From the NCBI GenBank assembly GCA_964016885.1, contig OZ024745.1, forward strand, positions 55,118,001 to 55,182,000: a DNA stretch of 64,000 bases, written 5' to 3'. The position numbers were made by a program, and so were the translations under genes. Source of the DNA: Eledone cirrhosa (lineage: Eukaryota). The notes under the pieces are model-generated. The model did no database searches. It had not been told where the DNA came from and was given only the letters and a program-made list of their open reading frames with translations. Positions within the stretch are counted from its first letter, which is position 1; every line of letters starts with the position of its first letter. Shown here piece by piece: positions 42,601 through 56,782 of the stretch.

Positions 42601-43345
42601 TCCACTAAACCTCATAGGATTTTACCAACTTTTCAACCATCCTCTTACGGAATCACCTATATAACTCACCCACACACACACCCCAAAAACATTTTTTTCT
42701 CCACACGCCACCTACACCCACAACATGCTTAAACCCCACACACACGTGCTTTCCACCACATATTTACACCCTCAGCCTCCTGATTCCTCTCCCCCCCACC
42801 CCTCTATCCACACACGCACAGACACTCCGACCTACAACCCCTCCCACACACACCTCTTCCTGAACATGCAACCCCGTTCTTCCCCCAACCCTTACTTTCA
42901 TATACACACACACACACACGTACACCTACACACACACACCACCTTCAGCCCTCCCCGCTCGGACACCCCGTCTCCCTCTCCACACTCCACCCGCCACCAC
43001 CCCTACACACCCCACACCCTTCCACCACCAGTTTTACCCCCCTTTTAATTTCAGTTTATTTTGATCATGCTTTTATATTTAATTTTATTTCATTCCTTGT
43101 ATTTTGAACATGCTTTATTTTTATCTTTATTTTTTATTTTTTCATTCGCACCGTTTCCTTTCGCTATATGTCTCTCCACCACTCCCCTACACACCCTTTG
43201 AACTCTGTTCCCACACACTTCTCACCTGAGGAAGGGCTTATGCCCGAAACGTCGTTCCCCACCACCACCCCACTCTCCAGAGCGTGAAATTAATAAACAT
43301 TCGTTGTACTGCCTCTCTGTTTTGTTCCTGTTCAATTTTTTCCAT
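39695..43345 (+). mobile_element. Penelope-like element (Neptune-like), 5'-truncated, frameshifted RT + GIY-YIG, long C-rich 3' region ending in HHR and AATAAA
   Basis: DIVIKPADKGG; LDIKSLYT; GVAMGTRMGPNYANIFVG; YGRYIDDC; FLDI; IPYSQLLRIRRLCS; CxxxxCxxC linker (PCSRPRCNTC); NLVY/YVGQTGRRLADRF..H; coding ends TAG at 41729; ends at (TA)n. Confidence 0.95.
43222..43256 (+). ncRNA. Minimal hammerhead ribozyme in PLE terminal repeat
   Basis: AC-CTGAGGA-A-GGGC TTAT GCCC-GAAA-CG-TC-GT; palindromic ACGT helix III; helix I only ~2 bp. Confidence 0.7.
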
Positions 43346-43515
43346 TATATATATATATATATATTATTTACATAATACACAACATAAATAGCTCTGTACT
43401 ATCAGTAGGGCCCTCTTCTTTCCTTTACGGAAATACATAACACACAGACGACACAGACACACACACACACGCGCGCGCGCGCACACACACACACACGCGC
43501 ACGCACATACACACT

Positions 43516-43601
<86 letters not shown>

Positions 43602-43770
43602 CAGGGAATATATTTTAAAACAAGATTTTTAAAATGTATACTCCATTTCTTTTTGCTTATACCTTATATTCTGCGCTCAGCTCTCATTAAATATTAATCT
43701 CACTACATTGCATCTCATCGGCTATAGGCATCGAATATATTATATCACAGTTCTTTCTCTTCTAGCCTTA

Positions 43771-43805
<35 letters not shown>

Positions 43806-43828
43806 GTATATATATATATATATATATA

Positions 43829-43886
<58 letters not shown>

Positions 43887-43887
43887 T

Positions 43888-44228
43888 AGAAAGTGAGGTT
43901 TTTTCACAAAATGAAAAGAAACGAGGTCTCCTACACGACTGAAAGTATAAGGAAAAAAGATGAAATCGAAAATGCAATTGGTGTCTTTTTTTAAATGTAT
44001 TTATTTGGTTCCTTTAGCGGTTTCGCAGTTCTTGTGCTTTTCAAAAGTAGAATTGAGATGGAGGGTTTGTGGCTTTTCTCATATCTGGTGAGAGAAAAAC
44101 CACAAACCCTCCATCTCAATTCTACTTTTGAAAAGCACAAGAACTGCAAAGCCGGTAAAGGAATCAAATAAATACATTTTAAAAAAAAGACTCCAGTTGC
44201 ATTTTCAATTTCATCTTTTTTCCTTATA
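43888..44228. repeat. ~135-bp inverted repeat (43946-44080 / 44092-44228) of the 22225-22435 family, each arm with a mutated U3-A8 hammerhead
   Basis: Arms are imperfect reverse complements; TTGAAAA-GCAC...TGC-GAAA-CCGC-TA (minus) and TTGAAAA...TGCAAAGCCGGTA (plus, GAAA lost). Confidence 0.85.
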
Positions 44229-44279
44229 TATATATATATATATATACACTCACACACACACACATATATATATATAATT

Positions 44280-47200
44280 GGTTGTTTTGGACGCCTCAAC
44301 AATGCAGATGTGTAAATCTCCAGGTAACAGAATCAGGTGGTAATGAGAGAGATGTAAGAGGAAATGTAGAATGAGACGTATAGGGTGTAGTGGAACGTTG
44401 GAAAGAGTGTAAAAATAATAACACGAGATAGAGTTACCTAGGAAGTGATTTAATTTTACTTTATTTCGGATTTCGCATCCATCAACTGGGGATTTTCGGA
44501 GAGGAAAGCTTTTAGTCGGAGAGGGGTCACATGTGGCCTCTGTTGTCTATCGTGTGTGTACAACTGAAATACTTTGTAGGGCGCGCATGCGTCGGAATAG
44601 CTGCTGTCAGACAAATGTCGAGGCAGGTCTTCTATACTAGAGTAGTGGGATGGTATCGTGTCAGTGCGTACGCATCTTCGATGCCAATTTCTTTTATTCA
44701 GCCTTTGATACTGGCAGGTGTGGTGTAGGTATTGGTAGTCTGCCTGCTTGTTGTCTGTCGCTCGATAGATGGTGCATCCGATATACACACAATAACAATC
44801 GCTCGATTGCTACTGTGTATGTGTGTGTTGTTGTTTCATTTGTGTACACCAGCTATCTCGTCTCATTTCTCTCGGATCGATTATTTCTTTGTGGTCCGAG
44901 GCGTTTGATCCAAAGTGCTTCCTTGATTCTTAAAGTGCCGACGTTGCGTTCCGTCGCTAACACTGTGACAATAGGCCTTCCGTTTTTGTTTCAGCATTTG
45001 ATTATGTGTTTCGGGAAAGACGAGGCCCTGGTGTTGATGTGCCCCTTGATCCGGACATGTAGTGCCTGGATGGTGCTACCAATGTAGAAGTCGTTATAAT
45101 TGTCACATTCTAGCTTGTATACGACGTACGTGCGTAAGCAACAGGTATTTTGGTGCATCGCACAGTTGGTGAGAGAACACGCGTCAACCAAATTCTCGGG
45201 TTTCCTGGAGAGGAATCTCCGTAGGGAGGGGCCCGAGTGGGTCAAGTGGATGTCGAGGCCCTCCCTCCGTATGGCCCTGCGGTTAGCGTTGGTGGTTTTC
45301 TCGCTCAGGTCCGGGATTTTAAGGGAAGCACTAGCCTTGCGTATTTCTCTGCCTCTTGCATCTGGTGTCTCTTACTCTGCTTGTAAATGAGGCTGGGTAT
45401 TCGTTTGTCTCCAGCATCCTGTGGAACCGATTGTATGAGCGACACCACTCACGGGATCGCTGCATTTATTTTTAATCCACGTGTTCTCGTTCGTGATGTA
45501 CCCTCTTTTAGCACTGTTAGGTAGGGCAGATTTGTAGTGGATGAACAATCCCTGCAGGCTGCCTTGTGGTAGAAGTTGGCGTTGATCCCTCCTTGCTCCG
45601 TGATGTTGATTCGGACGTCGACGAGGGCAAGGGATCCGTCGTCGTTGGGGTGTTCAACACTGAAGTCAATATTCTCGTCCGTGTTGCTGAACGTCTCGTA
45701 AATCTCGTTCGCCATGGAAAGATGTGAAGATGAGGATGTCGTCCACGCATCTTGAGAAGAAAGCGACGGCGTTGGCGTTGCAGGTGTTGAGTGCCTTGCG
45801 TTTGAGGCTGTCCATGTGCGAGGTCGCTAGCACACTCGACAGGCTTGAGCCCATGGGTAGCCCTGAGGTCTGCCGGTATTTTTGGTCGAGAAAATTGAAA
45901 TATGTGTTGTCAACGTCGACGGATAGGACTTGGTGAATGTCAGTGGGGGTGAGCCCGAAGCAGTGTAGGTTGGTAGATTGAACACATTCCGTCAGTATAT
46001 CGACGGCCGGGAACGCCGTGACAGAGGTGTAAAGAGTGACCACATCAAGGCTGAAGGCATACCTGTTAGCCTTTCGTGTGTCGAGATCCATCTGATGTAG
46101 GCGCTCCAACAATTCCTCGAAGCTGTTGACGTCTCCCGGCAAGGTGTTCAGTGGAGTTTAAGTATTCTGGCTAGGAGCCATGACATTTTGTAGAGCGGTC
46201 CCTCCACGCTCGATACAATAGGCCTGATCTTCAGGTCGGGTCCATGTTTGTGTGTATTCACGAGGTGATAGAAGGCGGGTAGTCTGCTGTTCCTCTTGAG
46301 GAGGTTGTTTCTAAGATTCTTCGGGAGTTTCCGCCGGCCGCAGATGTTGGTCCAGGCGGCGTTGATGTGCTCCTCGATCTGCGCGGGAGTGATCGTATGA
46401 CTTTAGAGTAGAGGCTGTCATCGTCAAGGTATTGGAGGGCCAGGGTGTTGTAGGCCTCTCTGCTGATGATGCAGAATAAATTTCTCTTGTCGGTGTATGG
46501 GGGGGGGGGGGTAAATGAGGTTCCTCGATTTCAGGTTGGAGAGGGTGGAGAGTTGAGATTTAGTGAGGTTGTATGTTGTGCGTGTGTGTGTGTGTGTTTA
46601 TGTAGGATATTAGAGATAGAGTGTTTAAACTTGATGAGTTTAGTGTCGAGTTAGTGGTTGGTGGTTGGGGGGTGGAGTGGGTTGTCGAGGTGGTAAGTGG
46701 GGAACTTGGGGTGGGTTGTGTGGGTACTGTCATTTTCCGTAGTGCTGTTGATGGCGGTCACCCATTTAAATCGGTAAGCAGCTCGGCAGAAGTTGGCTTC
46801 GATGTCGAGTTTAAGTCTGTCGTCGAGCCGCTGTGAAAAGATGAACCTGGGTCCGAGGCGTAGGAATTCTAGCTTGTCGTTCGTGGGGGTCCGGTTAGGT
46901 CGGTGACCATGTGCGTCGCTTCGTTGAGGTATGGCTCGGTGTTGGTGGATGCGGCTGTGGCGGTTGTTATGTTGGTGTTTATTATGTGATCCTCGTCTGT
47001 CTGTTTGTTAGTGTCGATGTTTTCGTTGTGGAGTTTAAGCAAGGTCCACTCATATTTCCGCTTGAGCCGTTTTGTTTCATGTTGGACTCCGGAGTGGTAG
47101 CACTGGACGATTGCTTTTGTGGTTTTAAGGAGCAAGTCATTGGGTGTTAAGTGATGCGTCAGCTCTGAGAGTGTCCGTTTATGGATGTGTAATTGACGGT

Positions 47201-47400
47201 GGAGATGTCGCAGAATCTGTTTGATACACGAGCGATGTATGCGGTTAGCGGTGTTTTAAAAGGTTAGTGTACGTAGACATGCTTGTAAACGGGTGTTCCT
47301 TATGGTGACGGGGATACCATCGTTCTTTACGCAGCGTTTTAGGAAAATAATTTGACAGACAGCTTTGGCCCATTTCTCCGACAGTCTATTCGTGTCTGTT
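44280..47400 (-). mobile_element. Penelope-like element, near full-length, frameshifted (different family from 39695-43345)
   Basis: FLKRCVKNDGIP N-terminus; IRPIVS; FSLDVVTLYTSV; YRQTSGLPMGSSLS; SRCVDDI; FSVEHP...LALVDV; VVYKLECDNYNDFYIGSTIQALHVRIKGH (GIY-YIG). Confidence 0.93.
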
Positions 47401-48661
47401 CTCTCTCTCACCCCCTTTTATTTTATCCTAATAACTTATTTTAGTTATTGCTCGCCCTAACGCTAATGCGAAGACATATACCTATGATTGGTAGCAGACA
47501 ACTGGCGATGGATATTACCCTCTTTCGCCCGTAACTTTTATTTTCATTATATATATATATGTATATATGTATATATATACAATGATTGATAGAATTTGAA
47601 AAAGGGAGGGAGTTACAACATATTTAAATGTAGAACTATATATTTGAATATAAAGTATATGTAGCATATTATATATTGAATTTTATCCCATCTTTATTAT
47701 ATTATATATATCTATATACACGTACATAGATATACACTCGTAGAAACAACTACCTTTGATCATGTATGATATAGATTTGGCTGGTCGGATTCATGGAGCA
47801 ACCGAAAATGTAATATGTGTTAGAAAGAGAAGCCTGCAGTGGGAGAGAATAAATGAGTATATATGATGATTGATCCTTCTCTAGCAGTATAGTTTATTAT
47901 TATAACATACCAGTCCAAATAAGAAGCCTTTCGCCTTCTGGCCATAATGAGGTTACACATGGGAATTGGCCATGTGGATATATTAACTCAATATATTTTT
48001 GGTCCAATTCACCAATCGTTTCTTTAAGAAAAAAAAAAAAATGCTGTAGCCTGAAATGGAAGCGAGATACTACTAAATTGTTCCTCTTCCCAACACTTCT
48101 ATTCATCTGTATCCATTTTGGTATGTCTTAACGTACACTCCATCCATTCATCTTACGGCAAAGTGCTTCTGCATTCTTTTATAAGGTTTTATTTAATTCC
48201 TTCTTATATATATATATATACCACTATCCTTCACCTTATATCCCTTTCCCAATTACTCTCCTCTCCCACACTCCATATTATTGTCTGTGGGTTTATATGT
48301 TCATGAGTGTAAGTATGTGTATGAGTGTATTCGTGAATATAAGTTTGTATGTGAAGTTGTTTCTCGCGATCTCTTGCACCATTTTCCTCATTATTTCTCG
48401 CACGCTAAGACAAAACCACAGACATTTACGTTATAACTGAAATAATAATTCAATCATTAATTTCCGTCCATATATTTTCTTTCCTTCCTTTCTGCAATAC
48501 TACATTTCGCCGCGTTTCCTTTTAGCTTCCATGTTTTGTTTATAGATTCATGAGATTGTTTAGTTTAGTAGGTTTTGTTTGTATATATTCTTTATTGCAT
48601 CTTTTGATCGATCGTTTCGCCTCCCATTCGCTCTCTCATCTCTCTATATCTCTATATGCAT

Positions 48662-48761
<100 letters not shown>

Positions 48762-48982
48762 CTATATATCTATATATATCTATATATATATAGAGAGAGA
48801 GAGAGATATAGAAAGATAGATAAATAGTTAGATAAACATAGATATATGTGTGTGTGTATGTGTGCTCATGTGTGTGTGAGTGCGTGTGTATTCCTTTATA
48901 TTAAGGCTAAAAATTATGTGTTGTTAATCTGGAGCGTCGCCTGTTTACACTTAATATACATTATTAAATCTCTACATTAGTA

Positions 48983-49024
<42 letters not shown>

Positions 49025-49544
49025 GAGGGTGGGGGGTGTATATGTGTGTGGATCCGTGTGAATTTGTATCTGTACTTCCGCGTTTAGTTGTGAATATTTG
49101 CGCCTGTATATAGCTTTGTATATATGCACACCTAGAACGCTGTATAGATTCTTATGAGTATATATATGCATCAATCAGACAGACATACCAACACTCACAC
49201 ATGAACACTGAAAGTAACATATCTTCACTGTGTCTGTTCGTTCACTTTGCCATATCTTTCATTTGGTTTAGTTTTCTTTGCGCCTTGTTTTTATCGATTC
49301 CTCTTTACTCTTTATAGATCATCCATTCCCTGCTTTTTCCGGATGCATACATGCAAGCACATGCAGGTTTGCATATCATGAACGTTCAATAATGTTCTTA
49401 TGTCACTGCAACCTCTATGTTTTTCTACTTATTTTCAGTAGTGCTAACATAAAGAGATTTTATAGTAAGAAATATATCTTGAAATATCTATTTTAAAGTT
49501 ATTCTATGGCCCCGCACTCTCTATTTTCATTATTTGTGTGTCAC

Positions 49545-49754
49545 AAGGGCGGTGGATTGGCAGTAAAGGGCGGTGGATTGGCAGTATCGGTAGAGGGTCG
49601 GACGCCATGCTTTGACGTATAGAGTTACGGCCGTTGCCATTCTGAGTTCAAATACCGCCGAGGTTAACTTTGCCTTTCATCCTTACGGGGACGATAAAAT
49701 AAAGTACCAGTAATGCACTGGGTATTTGCTGGCCTTGTGCCAAACGTAGAAACA
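49545..49754 (+). mobile_element. Young SINE family A copy with 16-bp TSD and duplicated 5' end
   Basis: ATTATTTGTGTGTCAC at 49529-49544 and 49755-49770; AAGGGCGGTGGATTGGCAGTA twice at the head. Confidence 0.93.
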
Positions 49755-50037
49755 ATTATTTGTGTGTCACGCAATATGTATTTCTCTTTCCCTCTCTCTC
49801 TCTCTCTCTATCTTGTACACAAACACGCGTGCGAGAGACAGACTTCACTGGTGGTTAGTCTTCTTTATTAGTTCAAATATCTAATGAAGTATATTAATAT
49901 TACTTCTGCTATGTCCTCTTTGCTTCGGTGGAGAACCTTAACTATTTCATAACTTTCTAGGGAACTTTCTCGCATTTGGCGGCGTAAAACTGGTCTAATG
50001 CGCTATATATATATATCTATCTATATATATATATATT

Positions 50038-50228
50038 CAAGTTTGAGGTTCACCACTGGATAGAGCTGGTCAATTCCGCATGGTCAATCTTAATGTAATA
50101 GTATTAAGAGTACTCAACGTTCAACCGTCTTTGTTTTTGTAGTTGGTGGTGCTAGTACGGAGTTAAATATTATAATGAAATGACAGGAGGCTGGACTTGT
50201 GTAGCCTCCTGTCATTTCATTATAATAT

Positions 50229-50229
<1 letters not shown>
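50038..50229. repeat. Repeat tail homologous to 22545-22725 with terminal fold-back
   Basis: CACCACTGGATAGA...GAAATGACAGGAGG shared; AATATTATAATGAAATGACAGGAGGCT / AGCCTCCTGTCATTTCATTATAATATT hairpin; flanked by (TA)n. Confidence 0.75.
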
Positions 50230-50263
<34 letters not shown>

Positions 50264-50734
50264 GAGGAGGGGGTCTGAGAAGTGTAACAGCGTATGTAAA
50301 ATCAAAAGAGGACATAGGTTTTCTGATGATAGGATAGTGAAAACGAAATGAAAAACTTGATAGAGTGAGAATGATATGGGAGGTGTATTTTGTAATACTC
50401 AAATAGGGAATGATTTAAATGGGCATTGTTGAAAAAGCGATAAAATGTTGATGAGATGGGATGTATTTTATAAATGAATCGAAACTTTTATATTAGAAGT
50501 AAGAGGAAACAATTAATTGTTGGTGCCTTATTGTGGTGGTCACGTAGTGTTAAGTGAGACAAAGGACATTTGGTGAAGAAAATAGATAAAATCACTGAGA
50601 TAATTGTATTTATATACCATTGTTAAAAAAGCAGGAAAACGTTAGGTGATGTTGGTTGGGGGATAATATAGATTTATGTACAAATGACAAGTCAGTGTCA
50701 TGAGAAATTGGAATGATAGGTAAAAAAAATATAT

Positions 50735-50783
<49 letters not shown>

Positions 50784-50810
50784 CACAAATCATCTCCTTA
50801 GATTGATAAC

Positions 50811-51750
<940 letters not shown>

Positions 51751-51757
51751 GTGTGTA

Positions 51758-51950
51758 TAGGAAAAGAGTCAGAACCCCGACGGCTGAGCTCCGGCCGTTT
51801 CGACAGCTAGACCTGAACTAAGCCAGCCGTATTAATACGGCTGGCTTAGTTCCGTGGGGGTTCATGTCTCTTATCCTATTACCCACTATATTACCCTAAG
51901 TATGGAGTACTCTTGTGCGTTATAATCCACCTGGCATCATACCACACCTT
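51758..51950. repeat. Inverted junction fragment related to the 52470-53900 family, with half a hammerhead and a perfect 38-bp palindrome
   Basis: Minus GAAA-CGGCCGGAGCTCAGCCG-TC-GGGG without CUGANGA; GAACTAAGCCAGCCGTATTAATACGGCTGGCTTAGTTC at 51815-51852. Confidence 0.75.
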
Positions 51951-51985
51951 CTTTGTTTCATACATGTGTATATATATATATATAC

Positions 51986-52100
<115 letters not shown>

Positions 52101-52429
52101 GATAAATCTACCAAGAGTTTACGGTAGTGTCCAATCCGTATGAAGAACTCAATGTATTCCGGATATCATGGAAAGAAGAAATGTAATGAAAAATCACTTT
52201 CGGTGAAAGATAAACGGTATACAGAGTCAAGATAAAATATTAAACAAATAATGAATAAACAATTCCTTATATTAAACAAAAAAAGTTCATTATTTAACGA
52301 TCGTTTCTAGGATATATATGTGTTAGAGTTGGCATGCATATTCAACAGATCTATGTACAAAATTATACAAAATTATACAAACTATCAAGATTAAATATAC
52401 ATACCAACACATATATACGCCGTCTTCAG

Positions 52430-52460
<31 letters not shown>

Positions 52461-52552
52461 ACGAAGGAAATGTGGTAAGGAACCAGGTGGACCATAACGC
52501 ACCAAAGTACTCAATACTTGAGGTAGTAGAGTGGGTAATAGGAACCAGTAAG

Positions 52553-52646
52553 ACCCCGACAGCTGAGCTCAAGCCGTTTCGACGGCTAATTCTGGACTAA
52601 ATGAAAATTTATCCTGGTATTTAAATAGCCGATCTTCTCAAGGGGT
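52553..52646 (-). ncRNA. Hammerhead ribozyme, U3-A8 variant (left arm)
   Basis: Reverse complement of 53792-53885. Confidence 0.8.
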
Positions 52647-53791
52647 AATTCCATATATGGTCAAAGTGATTGTCAAAAATCAGTAGTAATTCTGTGGTTG
52701 CAAATTAGTAGGGGAGATGGTGGCTAAACCTGCCAGTAGGAGAAAGAGGGGAGGGGGTGGAGTAGACCCAATCAAGCGTTGGTAGTGCCAGCTACAGCTG
52801 GGCATGAGGTCAAAGAAGATACAGGGGAGGGGGAGGGGGAGGAAGTCGGAACGGTAGGTAGAACAATGGGGGGTAGAAATAGGAAAGAAAAAAAAAAAAA
52901 TACTGAGAGTGAAGAAAGGCAAATAAGTGTAAAGAAAAGTAAAGTAAAGTAAAGCTTAGACCCCGGATACTTTCCCCCTTTTTCCGACCGCTCCCACTAT
53001 TCTCTGTGCCCTCTATATTTCTTAGTGGCACATGCCTTATTTTTTCGTTTCAGTATTTCTTGCTTCGCTTTTCTTCTGGGCGGGGTGGATTCTGAATTTA
53101 TTTCTCCGTATTCTACCTTTATTTCGTACGAACTTTCATGTAGCTTGTTTTAGATCTTTTAGAGTTAGCATTAGTATATATTTTTCTCGGGACTCAGAAT
53201 TATTATCTCGTACAAGTTCACTTTGCTGCACTGGGTCGTTGCTGGCCCGGGATGGAAACCTTTATTGTTTATTTCGTGGTAGTCTCTTTAGTATTTTGGC
53301 CCCTTTTGTTGACCCGTCACCGTATCATTTACGTACTTATACCTCTTAAAAGGGTCCTTGCCTTAATCGTCCCACCTAGTTCTCTTACTTATTTCCTTAT
53401 TTATTCATTTATTTATTTTTTTACTTCTTTCTTTCTTTCTTTATTTTATTCTCGCCTAACAATAGCCTGACACCTAGGTCGTAGAATTTAATTTACTTTA
53501 CTTTTCTTTACACTTATTTGCCTTTCTTCACTCTCAGTATTTTTTTTTTTCTTTCCTATTTCTACCCCCCATTGTTCTACCTACCGTTCCGACTTCCTCC
53601 CCCTCCCCCTCCCCTGTATCTTCTTTGACCTCATGCCCAGCTGTAGCTGGCACTACCAACGCTTGATTGGGTCTACTCCACCCCCTCCCCTCTTTCTCCT
53701 ACTGGCAGGTTTAGCCACCATCTCCCCTACTAATTTGCAACCACAGAATTACTACTGATTTTTGACAATCACTTTGACCATATATGGAATT

Positions 53792-53885
53792 ACCCCTTGA
53801 GAAGATCGGCTATTTAAATACCAGGATAAATTTTCATTTAGTCCAGAATTAGCCGTCGAAACGGCTTGAGCTCAGCTGTCGGGGT
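53792..53885 (+). ncRNA. Hammerhead ribozyme, U3-A8 variant (right arm)
   Basis: ACCCC-TTGAGAA-GATCGGCTA...TAGCCGTC-GAAA-CGGCT TGAGCTC AGCTG-TC-GGGGT; GUC site after 53880. Confidence 0.8.
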
Positions 53886-53895
53886 CTTACTGGTT

Positions 53896-53933
<38 letters not shown>

Positions 53934-56225
53934 TATCTCCCTAATACTTAGACATATCAATGAAATGATGAGATATATTAGGAAATTAACTACTCGGAGA
54001 ATAAATTAAACTTATTAAACTAATCGAAATTGTGATTTTAGCTTACGTTAATATAATTATAGATTTCATGTTATGCATATCTGTGTATATCTTATGCACT
54101 CTACATGTTGAATTCTTCTTATAATCTACAAATATCTGTTCGATCACTCACTGATGGTTGCATGGGTATTCAATATTATAAGATTGAATGGCCCAATAAA
54201 ATCCTTCTTCAAATCCAAACATGTCTAATGATGTTTTAATCGATATGAAAAACAACATTTCCACAACATTATTTTCATTCCGTCTATCACAGCGAGAATG
54301 CAAGCATAATTATAGAATCTTAGTTACTGCTGAATCGTGTATTTATATGTCATTTTTATATCTAACAAATATTTAATCTTGCCGTATCATATTATCCTTC
54401 CTTTTTTCTCACTCTCTATCTATCTTTATCTCTCGTTTTCTATTTATTCACAAGCATGTAATTATGATGTAGAAGGGAGATAAATATAGATATATTCATT
54501 AGTAGATGCATATGTAGGATGAAAATATAACCTAGGTATTTTATATTGTTGAAGAACCTAGTATTGAGAGAGGAAATATTGAATTCTACTTTGAGATTGA
54601 TTATTAAATTACTTTGAGATTGATTATTAAATTAATTATTTAACTATTAAGCAAGAATTAATTTACATCCCACGGGTATCAGGAATTCTACTATGGCAAA
54701 ATTCAGGTAGAAGTTGAGTGCCTTTGTGTCCTGTAGCAATGAAGCCGACAAATGACAACTCTTCCATAACTCACCACTTGATGGCAATTAAATCCAGGTA
54801 GGAGAACAAGCCTGGTTGTGCAACAGTAACAGTTTGTTCAAGAAATGGCAAGAAATTATGAAGGCATAGTCGTAATTTTCAATAGTTAGCATGAGTTAGC
54901 AATAGTTGATATATTAAGGAAAATTAATTAATAGTGACTAACGTCTAAATTTCGAAAGAGGAAATTATAAGTATTGTAATTGAAATTTATTTTGAGATGA
55001 AGCTATCAGAAAAGACTCCCCAAAACATAGATTTAAATTTAAGTAAGATTAAATCCTATTTATTTCAATTGGGTATAATTTTAAACATATTGTGTTTAAA
55101 CATATTGTTCAGATAGATTGTCGTCTGATGGTCATAAAATACGTGTATGAAATAAAATTCTCATGTAACTTACAACGATAAAGTAATATCTATTTTTAAG
55201 TTATCAAATATCTCCGTAATTGTCGAATTCTATAGAAATATGATAAAGGACGATTTATTAAAGCCATTTACCTTTCGATCCCAGAATATATTTAAAAAAA
55301 TCCAAACTTTACATACTTAGTTTCAGCTTAGTGAGATGCTCGATCCTCTGGAAATAAAACAGTACTTTATTCCAGAAATCAATAAATAATATAATCTAAT
55401 GAACACGAGGTTAACTGGATGCAGATGTCGTATATTTCGGACTTTGATGATTTCTATCCTTTGTAAAGGATATTTGCAAAGTTACTAATATCGAATACAT
55501 CAAAGAATACATCGCCATGGAATTAATGGCGCTAGATCAAACTCGTGCGTGCACACACATGCACATACACATTCTTACTCGCATATCCCCCACCCCACCC
55601 TTCCTCTCTTCATATCAATCTTTCCCTGAGTCAACCTTCTTTGACTGTACTAGAACTGACCTAATTTCACCCCGAAGTCAATAATCTATTGGCTTTAGAC
55701 AATGATCCTAAGATCGCTGCCAAATGTGACGCAGCAAAGAGTTCACTGTTTCTTTGTATTATTGTATAGGTGAAATCTATTAAAAAACAAACAAAATAAT
55801 ATTCATATAGCGGCGTATATTCAATAAAGGAAAATATATTAAGGAGAATTATATTGAAATATATCAAATGAGCTTAATTTCCATTCTCCTCTGAACTTAT
55901 GATCTCACCAATTGAAATGACGCCAAGTCCCCTGGTTGCCTTGCAGAAGACATTCGTCGAAAATTTTGATTAATTGACGGACATGACTATAATAATAAAA
56001 AAGCATAATTCATTAAAAACGTAACGGTAATAAAATCGCTGGTCAACATGATTTACTTTAGTATCATTGGCTGGAAGTGTGTGACAGGTTTTCTCATTAT
56101 TAATATTGTATATTGTCCGTGGATAAGTTACTTAATTCTCTGAAAACTATCCTATACATTTAATATGACAAAACACAATATAATGCAGAGTAATTCGGAT
56201 TTGTGATGAATATATATATATATAC

Positions 56226-56300
<75 letters not shown>

Positions 56301-56518
56301 TTAAAATTTATAATTTAAATTTTTATATTATGCAAACAATAATTCGTAAAGAAGAAACGTTCAGAAACTGCCTATGAAATAGTTATGAATACTAGTAAGA
56401 GGATACATATGCATTTATTAATGGAATATATATATATATATTATTTTATGTGTATTTCCGTGGAAAATGTAAAGGAAAGAAGAGGGATATATGAATAGTA
56501 CAGGGCTATTTGATTATG

Positions 56519-56730
56519 TAATAAACGACACAATATAATTATTCAATTACCCAAGGCTTCACGAAGTTAGTCGATTCTAGCAGAGGCGTCTGAAGTCGTT
56601 CATGAGATAGAAATCTTTAATATCTATTAAAGATTTCTATCTGATGAACGATTTCAGACGCCTCTGTTAGAATGGTCTGTCTGATTTCGTGAAACCTTGG
56701 GTAATGGAATAATTATATTGTGTTGTTTAT

Positions 56731-56732
<2 letters not shown>
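56519..56732. repeat. ~105-bp-arm imperfect palindrome made of two opposed hammerhead-bearing tails
   Basis: Centre ATAGAAATCTTTAATA TC TATTAAAGATTTCTAT; adjoining 56440-56520 matches 43365-43440 in reverse. Confidence 0.85.
56635..56709 (+). ncRNA. Type I hammerhead ribozyme, extended helix II
   Basis: TTCTAT-CTGATGA-ACGA TT TCAGAC...GTCTGA TT TCGT-GAAA-CC TTG GG-TA-ATGGAA; mirror copy on minus strand has core mutated to CTCATGA. Confidence 0.8.

Positions 56733-56782
<50 letters not shown>

Larger units (their letters stand above)
52538..53900. repeat. Near-perfect ~410-bp inverted repeat (52538-52948 / 53492-53900) with a ~540-bp spacer; PLE inverted-pLTR-like
   Basis: Arms are reverse complements apart from poly-A length; element bounded by (TA)n. 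Confidence 0.93.

Noticed and set aside
39969-43048. Pro/Ser/Thr-rich and Gly/Val-rich ORFs overlapping the PLE
   Set aside because: Alternative-frame and antisense artefacts of the C-rich strand bias.
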